DNA of 64,000 bases from Eledone cirrhosa (GCA_964016885.1 OZ024740.1:352904001-352968000), one strand, 5' to 3'; counted from the stretch's first letter, positions 50,383 through 63,687 are shown. A program made the numbers and translations. Notes: generated by a model not told the origin, from the letters alone.

Positions 50383-50385
<3 letters not shown>
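46265..50385 (+). mobile_element. Tx1-clade LINE (ORF1 C-terminus + disrupted ORF2), (TCTA)n tail
   Basis: ORFs 46368..46667, 46668..47228, 47872..48939 and 48894..50126 are highly similar to the 37050 copy. Confidence 0.92.
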
Positions 50386-50439
<54 letters not shown>

Positions 50440-50842
50440 ATATTTATCTATCTATCTATATATTTATTTATATATATTTATATTTATATATATATATATA
50501 GTTCAAGAAATGTCAAGTCAAATACAGAAATGTAAAAACAGAAAGTTTTATTAGTATCACGCATAAATGTATATCGACAAAATTTTATTACCACTAAACA
50601 TCTATATCATATTTATATACACATGTAATGAATCATATTTCCTACCCCAACTTCATTATATAACAAAAATGGGATGGTCTGTTTGAAATACCTTGATTGT
50701 TGTAGTCTAAAGTTGTTACGTTGTAATAACTTGCTTTATCACGCACAAGGTCGATATACAAATTCAGTTTGTTAAAAGTGTTAGCAGTGAAAAGGTAGCG
50801 CACATTTTCTCTCTAATTTGTTGACCAAGCAGCTTCGTGAAA

Positions 50843-50882
50843 ATGATTTTGAAACTACTCCTGATTGCTGTATCTGTTACAA
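50843..50882 (+). CDS. Candidate first coding exon of a secreted host protein (signal peptide)
   Basis: ATG..MILKLLLIAVSVT + A|gtaagt in non-repeat DNA; Inr-like TCAGTT at 50764. Confidence 0.4.
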
Positions 50883-51085
50883 GTAAGTGTTCATAAAATT
50901 ATATAGGATACAAACAACATCATACTTGACTTTACAATTTTCAGTTTTTCTTATGACACAGCTAAATGTACATGTGTGTATGTATCCAAGGGTATGCGTG
51001 TTCGAGTGAATGTTAAATATATTAATATTTTGTATGTATGTATGTATGTAAGTATGTATGTATGTAAGTATGTAAGTATGTATGT

Positions 51086-51598
51086 TATCTCTTTCTCTTA
51101 TTTTCGAGTATATTTTTTTGACCGGCCACCTTCCTGGTGGTAAGGTTGTAAAAGAAAAGAAATTGTCATCCCTTGAATCGCAAGAATGTTTTGCAAATTT
51201 TGAAGGTGCCAGCTATCGTAGCCATTTGTAGACTATGAATTAGGGAGTTGCGCTCTTTGTCTGCAAATCCAAGTTCAGTCATACTTTGGTCCAAGCGGGT
51301 TGGTATATAACCCGTAGCTCCAATAATGATGGGTATGAAGCTAAAGGTGTATCTTGGATACTGGATTTGTAAACTCCTCATCAATGGTCCGTAGATGTCC
51401 TCCTTCTCCTGTATTTTTCTGACAACGTTTACACCAAGTGGGCAGCTGATCTACACAACAGAACACGTTTTCAATGTGTGGTCCCAAAGAACAATATCAG
51501 GCCGGTTGTGCTTTAATTTGGTAGCAGCTTTTATTTTCAGGTTCCACCAGTATTCCATAGTGCCATCTGTCTCAATATATTCTTCCTCGTTTGTTGTT
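51086..51598 (-). mobile_element. R4/Dong-like LINE 3' fragment (RLE) bounded by (TATG)n
   Basis: EYWWNLKIKAATKLKHNRPDIVLWD...ISCP; (TATG)n at 51030-51085 and 51600-51650. Confidence 0.8.
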
Positions 51599-52082
51599 AA
51601 TGTATGTATGTATGTATGTATGTATGTATGTATGTATGTATGTATGTATGTGACCTAGAGAGATGTCTTAATAAATACTTTCACTCCACAAAAAAAGTCG
51701 TTATTGGATTGCCACTGATTCTCCTGAGTTCCTTCGCCCTTTGACGTCTTCATTAAGATATCTCTCTAGGAGAAGGTCACTCTGATATAAAACCTGCGAC
51801 TCAATTTGTATCCAATGATGTAGATCAGTTCTTTTGGGGTAAATGTATTCGATGTGTAGAGAGTGGGATAGGCTCCGTGCAAAGATTTTCATCACTTAAT
51901 AAAGCTTCAAGCACAGGCATTGCTTGATATGCATGACATTTCTTTGCGATGCATGGTATTGCTGGCCATAGGCAAGTCTCTAAAAAGTCACATTAGTGAT
52001 GCTCATGCTTAAGTATCAAGCGATGGCATTACTCGAAATCGAGTTGCAGCCATTATGTATATATGTATGTATGTATTTATGT

Positions 52083-52116
<34 letters not shown>

Positions 52117-52823
52117 ATATGTATATATATATATATCTATATATATATATATATATAATTCACAAGAATCAAAGCTATGTTCAAAGCATTTATTCACTTA
52201 CAATTGTTTCATCCAAACCTAGGCTTGTAGTCTTCGGAGCATTTTTCAATGTTTGTACACATAATTGACCGCCTTTCCAACGCAAGAGACATACAGATAC
52301 ATATATATATGTTGATGTACAGTGGAGTGACATATATTATACTATATTATTTCTGTATAGCAATTCAAATTCAAAATCAAAATAAAAATTAAAACAAAAT
52401 TAAAACAAAATTAAAATACATTCGGCAGTTAACACAGATAATGCAAGAGGATAGTTTGTTAGTCAGATGTAGTAGTTAGTGTATGCGTTAGTTACACGTG
52501 GGGCATGCAAGTATGTCTCATTTATATATGATTATTGTGTGGCAGGGTGTTACATGTAATACAAGCACTTTAAGCGGGTAAGTAAGAGTATTATGGTGGT
52601 TGTAGTGGTAAGGTATTTTTTGTATATAATAAAAAAGTATGTGTGCAGAAAAATAAAAATAAAAAGGAGAAGCAAAAGAAAGTTATGGTTTTCGTATCCA
52701 CCACCATTTTTACATTCAGGGAAAGAAAAGATAGTTTTTACATCCATCACATAAGTAACGATGATTCCGTATTGGATGTTTGATGCATTAAATTAAATTA
52801 TTTTAGCTTATTGCGGCTCAGTG

Positions 52824-52868
<45 letters not shown>

Positions 52869-52870
<2 letters not shown>

Positions 52871-53523
52871 TATGTATAGGTACATATATATATGTATACA
52901 GAATTACAGTAGAATGTATATACATACATGCAGACATATATATATGTACGTATGGGTTTACCGAACATATATATATGTGTGCATGTATGTATGTATATAC
53001 ATACTACTGTACGTCTGTATACATATATGTATGTACGTATACATACTTATATTTAAGTATCAGCCGTACTAAGAGTGAGAAATGAAATTTCATTTTTTCT
53101 ATTTATCGTTTTCGGTACGCTCGGCCGAATAACTCACTCGATATGCAAATTAGGCTGCTCAGCCGTTAATAGGCATAAGGAAAGTATATACTTTCAAACG
53201 TTCAATCGACTGACAGGAAGGTATACGGTGCTGATGAGAGCTAATAAGCTAGAAACTAGTTCATCGTTCCTTTGTCAGTGTTGAACAAAAGGGCAACGAT
53301 GGTTGCCGAACACTGTACGGTTTAATTCGGGCTGTTTGTTTACAAACAAACCGAACATTATAATAAATGTTCGGTAAACCCATACATACATATATATATG
53401 TGTGCATGTATGTATGTATATACATACTACTGTACGTCTGTATACATATATGTATGTACGTATACATACTTACATTTAAGTATCAGCCGTATTAAGAGTG
53501 AGAAATGGAATTTCATTTTTTCC

Positions 53524-53525
<2 letters not shown>
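52869..53525 (+). mobile_element. Mini non-coding retrozyme-like element (423-nt period) with inverted 5' arm
   Basis: Direct repeat 52965..53100 = 53388..53522; 52869..52968 inverted versus 53367..53470; hammerhead inside; (TA)n on both sides. Confidence 0.7.
53225..53267 (+). ncRNA. Minimal type I hammerhead ribozyme
   Basis: ACGGTG-CTGATGA-GAGC taataa GCTA-GAAA-CTAG-TT-CATCGT. Confidence 0.8.
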
Positions 53526-53600
<75 letters not shown>

Positions 53601-53604
53601 TATA

Positions 53605-54060
53605 TGGGGCACCACTCTTGTTGCTACACATTTTATCTCCAGCCTGTGTTTGCTGGCGACTGATGCAAGAGGGAGTTCGTTGCTGCTGCCCTTAGGTTAG
53701 CTTCGTACCGTGCTGTGGGCTCATCCGGGATCCTGGATAGCAAGGTGTCGAGATGTTTCTTGAAAAGATCCACGTCCACACCATGCAGATCTCTCAAATC
53801 CTTTGGCAGCTTGTTGAAGCGTTGAGGCCCTTTGAACCCCGGGCTATTGAAACATTTCTCCTTATTCTAGATGTGGAAGACGGGACCAATGGCACCACAC
53901 AGTGACGTCCTGTTCGGGGGTTGGTTCAGCTCCCAATGCCAAAGTTTGGTGCTAGTCCCTTCAGAATTCTCGATATGTATATCACTACGTATCTCTTCCG
54001 TCTTCGTTCCAAGGAGTAGAGTTTCAGTTCTTTTAGCATCTCCCAGTAACTTATCTCTCC
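53605..54060 (-). mobile_element. CR1-group LINE 3' fragment
   Basis: Minus strand YSLERRR.RY and GFKGPQRFNKLPKDLRDLHGVDVDLFKKHLDTLLSRIPDEP. Confidence 0.7.
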
Positions 54061-54067
54061 TTCATAT

Positions 54068-54230
<163 letters not shown>

Positions 54231-54280
54231 CTATGCTCTAAATGGTTTGTATGTTAGTATTGCATTATAATTATATATAT

Positions 54281-54392
54281 AATCCTGCAGAGGTTAACTT
54301 TGCCTTTCATCCTTACGGGGTCGATAAAATAAAGTACCAGTAATGTACTGTGATAATTGCTGGCCTTGTGCCAACAACCGTAGAAACAATTA
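54281..54392 (+). mobile_element. SINE, 5'-truncated
   Basis: Core GGTTAACTTTGCCTTTCATCCTTACGGGGTCGATAAAATAAAGTACCAG and tail. Confidence 0.8.
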
Positions 54393-54457
54393 TATATATA
54401 TAATTTGTAAAATTATATATTGTATACACATACACTGACACATACACACACATATAA

Positions 54458-54564
<107 letters not shown>

Positions 54565-54689
54565 TGTGTGTGTCTGCGTGTATGTGCACGCGTATGTGTG
54601 TGTGTGTGTGCGAGTATGTCTGTGTTTCATTTTTCCTTTTTTCTAATATATAAATTTATTTATGATATAAAGGGAACTGATTGGTATAA

Positions 54690-56440
54690 TATGTAAAATG
54701 ACGTAAACGCTTTCTGGTTTGATTTCACTTCAATTCTTTGCGAAGATAGCCACCCAGAATTCTTTTTGCTGTTTTGTCTATGTCGTATAGAGTGCCTCAA
54801 TCCTCATAATAATTTGCTTCAAATTGGCAGAACAAAGTTGGTAAACGTAGAGTTGTATTCGGAGTTTTATGATGGTAATTGATTAATCATACCAGATTAA
54901 TCTAGCGTGCACCATCAATCTTTACGGAAAAAATGTATATATATATGCTCCCGGGTCTTGTTCACTTCCGGTGCTGAAAAAGGTTATCATAAAAAAGCTT
55001 CTTCGTTCTAGCGGAGGCAACGTGTAAAAATATTTTTCTCGAATATAGGTTTTTTGTCTGACATAAGATTTTGTCCCAATCAGGATTCTCACAAAACACC
55101 CACTTGATTCCCTCAGCTATCTAGCAAATGCTGGTGTTATGGCAGCTATCATGTAGGTGCAGGGTGGGGCACTGGTGTGTTGTGGGCGTTTTGTTGCCTG
55201 AAGGTCAAAGGTAAAAGCAAAGGACGAATTTTGTGCAGTGCTGGCAGGGTTTCCATTGTTCACTTCTGGCATTAAGGTAGGCATTAAGAACTAACGAGTT
55301 CTTCAATGTTAGCCACCACTTGGTGCTATAGAGTTCACATTTCCTGGTCCCGTTGATATAAGGTATGCATCTTTCTGCAATCTCCCAGGCGATGCTGTGT
55401 TACACAGAGTCATCTTCCAGACGTAATTACAGAATTTAGCCATGTTTCTTTTCTCCTAGCAGGGGAACGATGTCGTGTGATTATTACAACCCTCCCGAAC
55501 TGCCGCTCCCTGAGCGCGACATGTCACTTGAGGTCGATGGTGCGGTTTGGGTTTGTTACCTTCACTGTGTAAATAAATAACGAGGGAAATGTTTGTCTAT
55601 CAGAACTAATAATGTTTTGCCGATGTTGGTTAGGACAATCAGCGAGAAGGGTGGTATGAACCAGATTGTATTTAAGCTCATATCTCTCTTTGGGTTTATT
55701 GGTCTAGGGCTGTAACTAATTTACTCATTAAAACCCCTTATTTCTAGGACTGCGTTGTAAAGAGAGCTGCTTTGTTAAATATATCTATGCTGGTAGGGAA
55801 ATTGAAAATTATCCTACCTATGTTTTTGACTAAATTTTTAAACATTATTGGGAAGTCGCAGGAATCAATGTTTATGTTGGATAATTGTAATTCTGTCTTC
55901 TATAAGATTTGTACTCGTTATTCTGTAGGTCTAGGGTTACATCTATTGTTAGATTAGTGTCTATTGTGATTTTTAAGATGAAGGATCTAAAGTCTCTTTT
56001 ATGAAAGTCGATCAGTATTGCTGGCTATTACTAGGGCGTCATCTTTGTATAAACTGAAGCGTACAGATGGGCAAATGTCGTTTTTACCTATTCTATGCAC
56101 TCACCGAAGACCAGTGTGCCACATGCGTGCATTATATTTTTACTGTCCTCAGTTTATAGGGTAGAATTTATTGGTGAATTCTAGCACCCTATCGAAAAGA
56201 ATCCTGGAGATGGAAAGGAAAAGTTCTACAATGTTCCATTGAATAAACTAGGCGCTCCTCTAATTGCTGGTATTGATAAACCATCGAATTACTTCTCCAA
56301 ACTGATTCAACAAGGGAAATTAATAAAACGCTGGAAGCTTATATATATATTATATATTTGCAAAACCTGAAGATTGATGGTGCACGGTAGAATAATCTGC
56401 TACGATTAAATGGATACCATCATGAAACTCTGAGTACCAA
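54690..56440 (-). mobile_element. Highly decayed Naiad-like PLE with inverted pLTR piece
   Basis: Minus-strand WNIVELFLSIS (DIVEFYPSIS-like), WFIPPFS; 54855..54922 is inverted relative to 56369..56436. Confidence 0.55.
56367..56436 (+). ncRNA. Hammerhead core with branched stem II; stem I lost
   Basis: CTGAAGA-TTGATGGT...ACCATCAT-GAAA-CTCTGAG-TA. Confidence 0.5.
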
Positions 56441-56569
56441 TGAAAACATATGGTTAGTTGGCATGTATATTAATATATATATGTAAAAGGTAAACAGAAA
56501 TAACAACACAATCGGTACAGTATATGGAACGTATATATTAGGTTAACGCTTGATATAGCAGGAAGGGGG

Positions 56570-56605
56570 TCTTAACGTTTCGGGCGCTAGCCCTTCATCG
56601 GAAGA
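56570..56605 (-). ncRNA. Minimal hammerhead ribozyme (sister of 17136)
   Basis: Reverse complement TCTT-CCGATGA-AGGG ctagcg CCC-GAAA-CG-TT-AAGA. Confidence 0.6.
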
Positions 56606-57171
56606 AAGAATGAGAAATAAAATAGATTGAGGGGACGGGCAGGATGGAATTGGAAAACATGCTTTAGATAAAAATAACAGGTCCATTCATGTTGACATCT
56701 CATATATATATATATATTATATATATATTATATATATTATTATATATATATTATATATTATATATATATTATATATATATTATATATATATATATATTAT
56801 AAAGCTGACGGCTGTATGTATGTAACAAACCTTTCGCCAAACGGCTGGACCAAACAGCACCAAATTTGCACCATAGATGTAACTTTTTCTAAGTAAGAAA
56901 GTGAGGGTATTTTTGTTTACTAAATTTGGTTAAAAGATTAAAGATATTTTATTGTTTATTTAAATATTCACTTCTTTAAAATTTTCAAATGTCAACACTT
57001 CCGGTTAGCGATCTCTCTGTCTTAGTCTGTCTTTTTAGATAGATACATAGCTATAACGTCGCGCCCTTATAATATCTGTCTGTATGTCTGGCTGTCTGCA
57101 TTACGAAAACCATTCTGTACATTGACTTCGTTATCTGTGTGTGTATATATGTATATATGTATATATATATA

Positions 57172-57230
<59 letters not shown>

Positions 57231-57239
57231 TAGATATAG

Positions 57240-58470
57240 ATAAATCTACCAAAATATACGGTAGTGTCCAATCCGTATGAAGAACTCAATGTAATCTAAA
57301 TATCCTGAAAAGAGAAGATGCATTCAAAACTTTTCGATGAAAATCACAGGAAAACAGAGTCAAGATTAATAATTATTGAAAAAAGAATATCGATTACAAC
57401 CTGACTTGGAGTGTGCTCAAAAGGGCCACCCCTTATCAAAATAACAGATATGAGTGTAGATTATGTTCCCAGGAACTTTTTGTAAATAATGAAATCTAAG
57501 GATATCCTATTAAATATGCGACAAGAATTAATTATATCTTGCAATCATAGAATTAGAAGAACTTTCAAATATTATAAACCTAATTAATATACACCTTACA
57601 CTTACATTTTACATATTATTATAATTAGTTTTTAAAAAATTTAGTTAACCTATAATTAGTACTTTACTACAGAGAACTTCATAATTTTATTTCCCTCTTA
57701 CAGCTCTCTTTTCCTAAAATTAATACCTAAAAGTATACATATAAATTAATTTAATTTCCTGTTATGAATCTAGATTCCTTGTAGTCTATATAAGATTGGT
57801 ATTTCTCACTACTACACTTATCCCAACATTTTATTTTCCTTCGTTTTTAACAACATCCTTTAATAACATCTAATTCTTATTTATCACATCCATATGAATT
57901 AATATAAATTTATCCCTATAAGTATACCTATCAATTAATTTAATTTCTTGTTATAGATCTAAATTCCCTGTGTTTTAAATAAGATTGATATTTCTCACTA
58001 ATACCTTTACCCTAAAATTTTACTTTCCTTCGTTTTTAACATTATTCGTGTACCCTTCACCGGCTTGACCTCTTTTCATCCCCAAAGTATTCTTTTCATT
58101 CAAAGTATTCTTTCCATTCAAAACATAAGTCTGCGTTCCTCTACCCCTAAATTAAATTTCTACTACTACTATTCTATCAACTTGACCTCTTACTACTTTT
58201 CTATTGGTCAATTCAAAACCTGTTCCCAAACAAACCTATTATATTAAATCTTTGTTGGTTCTTTTTTCAATAAACAAATCTCATTATTTCTGAAGACAGC
58301 ATATATATGTGAAGGTATGTATATTTCCTCTGATAGTTTGTAATATTTTTACATATATCTAATCTATATGATATACATACCAACACACATATAAACGATC
58401 GTAAAATGATGAATTTTTTAATATAAGGAATCTGTTCTTTGTTTTTATTCATTGTTTTTATTAATTTTTA
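57240..58470 (+). mobile_element. Decayed Naiad-like PLE 3' fragment
   Basis: KNIDYNLTWSVLKRATPYQNNRYECRLCSQE..ILLNMRQELIISCNHR; 3' boundary approximate. Confidence 0.6.
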
Positions 58471-58844
58471 TATATATATAGTGCGTATATATAGTGTTAG
58501 TATCATAAATAAGAGACAGTTTAATTTGTACATTTTATTTCAGCATTCTTTTATACGTATATATACATAATAAACATGTTATTTACAGTTGTATAAAAAA
58601 GAAGTATAATTGCTTCTACTTGGCACAAGGACAGCAATTATCCCAGTACATTATTGGTATTTTTATTATATATAATATATATATAATACGACATTCCTCT
58701 CTCTTTCTTACTGTCTTTTTAGATAGATACATAGCTATAACGTCGCGCCCTTATAATATCTGTCTGTATGTCTGCTTGTCTGCATTGACTTCGCTTCTAA
58801 CCAACTTTTAATTAATTATATATATATTTATATATTCGTGTACA

Positions 58845-59488
58845 CATTTTCAAAAGTAATACTATACTATATATTTTCAACAGTAATACTATACTATATA
58901 TTTTCAACAGTGATACTGTACTGCACTATATATTTTCAACAGTAATACTGTACTGTACTATATATTTGCATCAGTAATACTGTACTATATATTTTCAACA
59001 TTAATACTATACTATACTATATATTTTCGACAGTAATACTATATATTTTCAACAGTGATACTATACTATACTATATATTTTCAACAGTAATACTATACTA
59101 TATATTTTCAACAGTAATACTGTACTATATATTTTCAACAGTAATACTATACCATATATTTTCAACAATAATACTATACTATATGTTCTCAACAATAATA
59201 TTATACTATATATTTTCAACAGTAATACCGTACTATATATTTTCAACAGTAATACTATACTATATATTTTCAACAGTAATACCGTACTATATATTTTCAA
59301 CAGTAATACTGTACTGTACTATATATTTTCAACAGTAATACTGTAATATATATTTTCAACAGTAATACTATACTATATATTTTCAACAGTAATACCGTAC
59401 TATATATTTTAAACAGTAATACTGTACTATACTATATATTTTCAACAGTAATACTATACTATATGTATTCAAAAGTAATACTATACTA
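58845..59488. repeat. 27-bp minisatellite CAGTAATACTATACTATATATTTTCAA with +/- TACTA variants
   Basis: More than 20 tandem units. Confidence 0.95.
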
Positions 59489-59536
59489 CACAGACGGCTT
59501 ATTGTCTGTTTATCCAAGCGAAGCTAGGTACATCAG

Positions 59537-59605
<69 letters not shown>

Positions 59606-59658
59606 GATGCCGTAGAACACGCCAATGGTAGCCGGGCGCCAGCCGGACGGGCCAGATA

Positions 59659-59689
<31 letters not shown>

Positions 59690-59693
<4 letters not shown>

Positions 59694-60335
59694 GAATGTT
59701 GAGAAGTGACACACGAGTTGATATGTATGATAGTAAGAAAGGAAAAAACAGTAGAAAATGCTAATGGGATTTTCTCATAGAATAACACCAAAACATTTAT
59801 TTATAAAACAGAAATTTATCGTACCGGTTTCAGCCACGTGGGCATCTTCATACTACGGAAGTGTATAATAATATTTATAATGGATTTAAGTTGTATATTA
59901 ATAAGAATAGTTTATAAAATAACATGGTTTACATACATATTTATAGAAGTGTTCACATTTTTGTGTATCGCTTTCTCTCTTTGGTGGTGTTGACTATAAT
60001 TACAGCAATGGTAATGAGAGTAGCACTAGCACGTTATGTGTGCTTGGTGTTGACTTCAACAATACTACTTTTCCCCTAAAATAAGTTTTAAAAAATCTAT
60101 CAGATTCTAGTACTGATATTCTTAACGAAGTTTCTAAAAACAGTGGGAGGGTGGCATGAGTCCTTGTGAATGTAATTAAGTTTCTCGTTTAGCTTATGGA
60201 AGGGTCTGTGGGTGTGTGTGCGAAGGTCTAAATTAATGTCTAAGAAATCTACGCTAGAGAGGTTGGTGGCTACTGTTATCTTAAGGCCTAACTCATTGAA
60301 GGTAGAAGCTAATTTTTGTATTTTATTTTCAACCT
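59690..60335 (-). mobile_element. Naiad-like PLE RT-thumb fragment + pLTR with degenerate hammerhead (59818..59855)
   Basis: LGLKITVATNLSSVDFLDINLDL..RPFHK..YIHKDSCHPP; ATGAAGA-TGCCcacgtGGCT-GAAA-CCGG-TA. Confidence 0.65.
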
Positions 60336-60448
60336 AAAAACTTTCCGGACTTTCGCATGCAGTCTAGTATTGCCTGTGTGAAGTGACAAAGTTTCTGCAC
60401 ATGCGCGTTCGTACGGTTGTCCTTCCTGTTCCTATAACCATACACATC

Positions 60449-60488
60449 CCGAGCTGAAGATCTGCGAAGGTGAAACAATTGTTCTCGG
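60449..60488 (+). ncRNA. Minimal type I hammerhead ribozyme
   Basis: CCGAG-CTGAAGA-TCTgcgaAGGT-GAAA-CAATTG-TT-CTCGG. Confidence 0.75.
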
Positions 60489-60582
60489 TATGGTGAACTA
60501 ACTGTTGTGTAACCACTTCTACCTAACTCGTCCCTTGGACTGAGTGCTCTATCACTACGGATATTACCTTCCAGTGTTCCAC

Positions 60583-60624
<42 letters not shown>

Positions 60625-60755
60625 GTGAAGTTTTTTTTACAAAATGAAAAATAACCGAGGTGTCCTACACGAGTGAAAGTATAAAGAAAAAGAGATGAAA
60701 TCGAAAATGCAACTGGAGTCTTATTTAAAAAAAAAATATATATATTTATTTGGTT

Positions 60756-60793
60756 CCTTTACCGGTTTCGCAGTTCTTCTGCTTTTCAAAAGG
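60756..60793 (-). ncRNA. Minimal hammerhead, U3-A8 core
   Basis: Reverse complement CCTT-TTGAAAA-GCAG aagaa CTGC-GAAA-CCGG-TA-AAGG. Confidence 0.8.
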
Positions 60794-62949
60794 TGAGTTG
60801 AGATGGAGGGTCTGTGGTTTTTCTCACATCTGGTTGGTCTCTGAATGTTACTTGTTTTATATGGAAAAAGTGGCTCGAAATGCCAGGTTTTTTGAGAAGT
60901 AATTTGATTGGTTTGTCAATAATTATAATAAATTTCGCGCCATTCGCGTTACAATAGTTCTTCAAATAAGAGGGGGAGGGGGGGGGGGGGGTGGTTGTCA
61001 CAGGTTGTTTTTTCATATATGAGTGTTTGAATTTCTTTTTACTTGAAAAAAGGAGGCTCACGAAGGCTTTTTTTTTGGTTGGTTATAAATGAAATTGTGG
61101 CTGTCACGTGAACAAATTTTCATTAAATTTTTGTGCCCTTATTTGGAAATCCATTCTGTAGCCTTTTCAGAGAATTTTTTGATAAGTAAAAGATAATGGT
61201 CAAGAGAAAGGGATGGGAGAATTGTTCTGGTTCAGTGAATATGGTTAGTTCGCTGGGGTGTCAGAATTCAGATTTTCTATTGAATAAAGAAAGTAAAGAT
61301 ATGTGTGTTTATTTGTGTGCTTGTGTGTGTGTGCGTGTGTGTATGTGTGTGTGTGTGTTTGAATTTCTTTACTTAAAAAAAAGGTGGCTCACGAAGGCTT
61401 TTTTTAAATAAACGTGATTTGATTGGTTATAAATGAAATTTGGCTGTCACGTGAACAAGTTTTCATTACATTTTTGCGCCCTTATTTGGAAAACTATTCT
61501 GTAGTCTTTATAGCGAATGTTATGACAATGGAAAGTTTGTGGTCAAGAGAAAAGGGATTGGGAGAATTGTTCTGGTTCAGTGAATATGGTTAGTTCGCTG
61601 GGGTGTCAGAGTTCAGATTTTCTATTGAAGTGAAGATATGTATGTTTATTTGTGTGCTTGTGTGTGTGTATGTGTGTGTGTGTGTGTGTGTATGTGTGTA
61701 TTGGAAGATGATTCTATTAGTAGAAATGGGGGAGGGAGTTGTGTGTGTGTGTATATGGGTGTTATGTGTGTGTGAGTATGTTAAAATGGAGAGAATATAT
61801 ATTTTGTGTGTGTGTATATATATGTGTGTAGGAAAGTGGTTCTATTAGTAGAAATGGGGAGGGAGTTGTGGGTGTGGGGGTTGTTATGTGTGTGTATGGG
61901 TGTTATGTGTGTGGGAGTATGGTTAGCATGTTAAGATGAAGAGAATATATATATATATATATATATATTGTGTGTGTGTGTATGTGTGTGTGTAGGAAAG
62001 TGATTCCTTTAGTAGGAATATTTTTGAATGAACATATTTTCCTTACTTATTCGTGTTTGCTGTTGTATTGTCAGTGCAAACGTATGTTAAGGTTTATTTA
62101 GTTCGGGTTTTTATTTTCTAAAGTAGAAGGTGTTATGTGTGTGTGTATATGTCATATTATGGTGTTGACATAATGTATATTAAACCTTATTTAATGTTGG
62201 TCTATATTTTTGAATAAACATATTTTCCTTTTTTTGTTCGCATTTGTTCTGTTGTATTGTTAGCGCAAAGGTAAAATGGGAAGACTTTGGAATTTGGGTG
62301 TCTTATTACTTGCGCAAATGTCTAGATGTGCGCTTAGTGGTATCTGTCTCGTGGTTGGATCTCGTAATTGTTGGCGATGAACTGTCATTCTGTTTCTGAG
62401 TGTGAGTTTAGTTTGTCCTATATAATCTTCATTGCATCCTTTACATTTAATGGCATAAATTAGATTTTTTGATGAGCAAGTGAAGTAATTTTTTACAGTA
62501 AAATTTTGTCCTGATTTAAATGTATACGTGTTGCCTTCAATGAGGTGAGTGCAGGTTCCACAATTAGAGCGACCACATTTTTTGATACTTGGTTGTGGGT
62601 TTGTGGTAGGTAATTTGGCATTGGTGAGTAATGTTTTCAGTGATTTTGGTTGTCTTTTGCTTTTGATTATTTTGTGTGTTTCAAGGGCTTTTTTCATTCT
62701 TGGGTTTTGTTTTAGTAGTGGGATGTTATTGTGAATAGTGTTGTAAGCTTCCGCATTTCTTGGGTTGTGTGTTGAGATATATGATAGAATATTGGACGTA
62801 CCTTGAATTTGTTTCTGTTTCCGTAATTCATCAATGCCTATTGCTTTAGCCCTTTCTATTCCATTCGAGCCACTTTTTCCATATAAAACAACTAACATTC
62901 AGAGACCAACCAGATGTGAGAAAAACCACAGACTCTCCATCTCAACTCA

Positions 62950-62987
62950 CCTTTTGAAAAGCAGAAGAACTGCGAAACCGGTAAAGG
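62950..62987 (+). ncRNA. Minimal hammerhead, U3-A8 core (inverted pLTR copy)
   Basis: CCTT-TTGAAAA-GCAG aagaa CTGC-GAAA-CCGG-TA-AAGG. Confidence 0.8.
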
Positions 62988-63239
62988 AACCAAATAAATA
63001 TATATATTTAAAAAAAAAAAAAGACTGCAGTTGCATTTTCGATTTCATCTCTTTTTCTTTATATATATATATATGTATATACATACGTGTGCGTGTGTGT
63101 GTGTGTATTTGAATTTCGTATTTCTAAAGAAATACGGCATGTTTATAAATAAACGTTGTTTAGAAAGCCATAGCTATGAATAACAAACACACTGGCAGCT
63201 AACGCCACCAGGCGGTGCCCAGCAGAAGCAAGGGGGACA

Positions 63240-63283
63240 ATCGTCGATGCATTTCGAACTCAATTGGTTCTTGTCAAGACGAT
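63240..63283 (-). ncRNA. Minimal hammerhead, U3-A8 core
   Basis: Reverse complement ATCGTC-TTGACAA-GAAC caattga GTTC-GAAA-TGCA-TC-GACGAT; perfect 6-bp stem I. Confidence 0.8.
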
Positions 63284-63687
63284 CTCTCCGCTCTTGCAAC
63301 TGCTGGACTTTGAAAACAGGCGAAAATATATAGTTTTTTCGTCTGTGTAAATGAGGTGATTAATCACATTTGCATATGAAGCTGTATAAGTTGGCTCAAC
63401 TTATAATATAATAGTATTAGGATTTAACTTCGAACATAGCTGTATACAAATATGTATTTTTACGCCAAGTTAGTGTTTGTTACAATAGTTGGATACCTAT
63501 TTTTGATCAATAATAGAAAGTAATTGCTCCACAGAATAAATACTAACTGTAGTTTTGTTCGGCAAACCACTAAACTTAGTCAACTGTATTAAAATATTCT
63601 GATTTTTAAAACATACAAGATAACATATGTGATACATATGCAAACTACAATGACATTAATATGCTATTCTTGCTTATATTTTTGCAG

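Larger units (their letters stand above)
56795..59540 (+). mobile_element. Possible non-autonomous Helitron, interrupted
   Basis: 5' TATAAAGCTGA..tgtatgt..AAACGGCTGGACC..CCAAATTTG; 3' CCAAGCGAAGCTAGG hairpin then CAGCTA(T); a second 3'-like end at about 59630..59660. Confidence 0.35.
60620..63062 (-). mobile_element. Neptune-like PLE, 5'-truncated (GIY-YIG 62260..62890), inverted pLTR 62893..63062
   Basis: CGRSNCGTC, FTCSSKNLIYAIKCKGCNEDYIGQT..LRNRMTVH; 60680..60852 is inverted relative to 62893..63062; internal 330-bp tandem duplication near 61030..61700. Confidence 0.85.

Noticed and set aside
52721-52755. Short AG..GT-bounded segment as an extra exon
   Set aside because: Weak donor (gtaacg) and gives a stop in the frame compatible with the 50843 exon
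58845-59488. CRISPR-like periodicity and the LLLKIYS repeat ORF
   Set aside because: Units are contiguous with no unique spacers, no cas genes, eukaryotic context; a simple minisatellite
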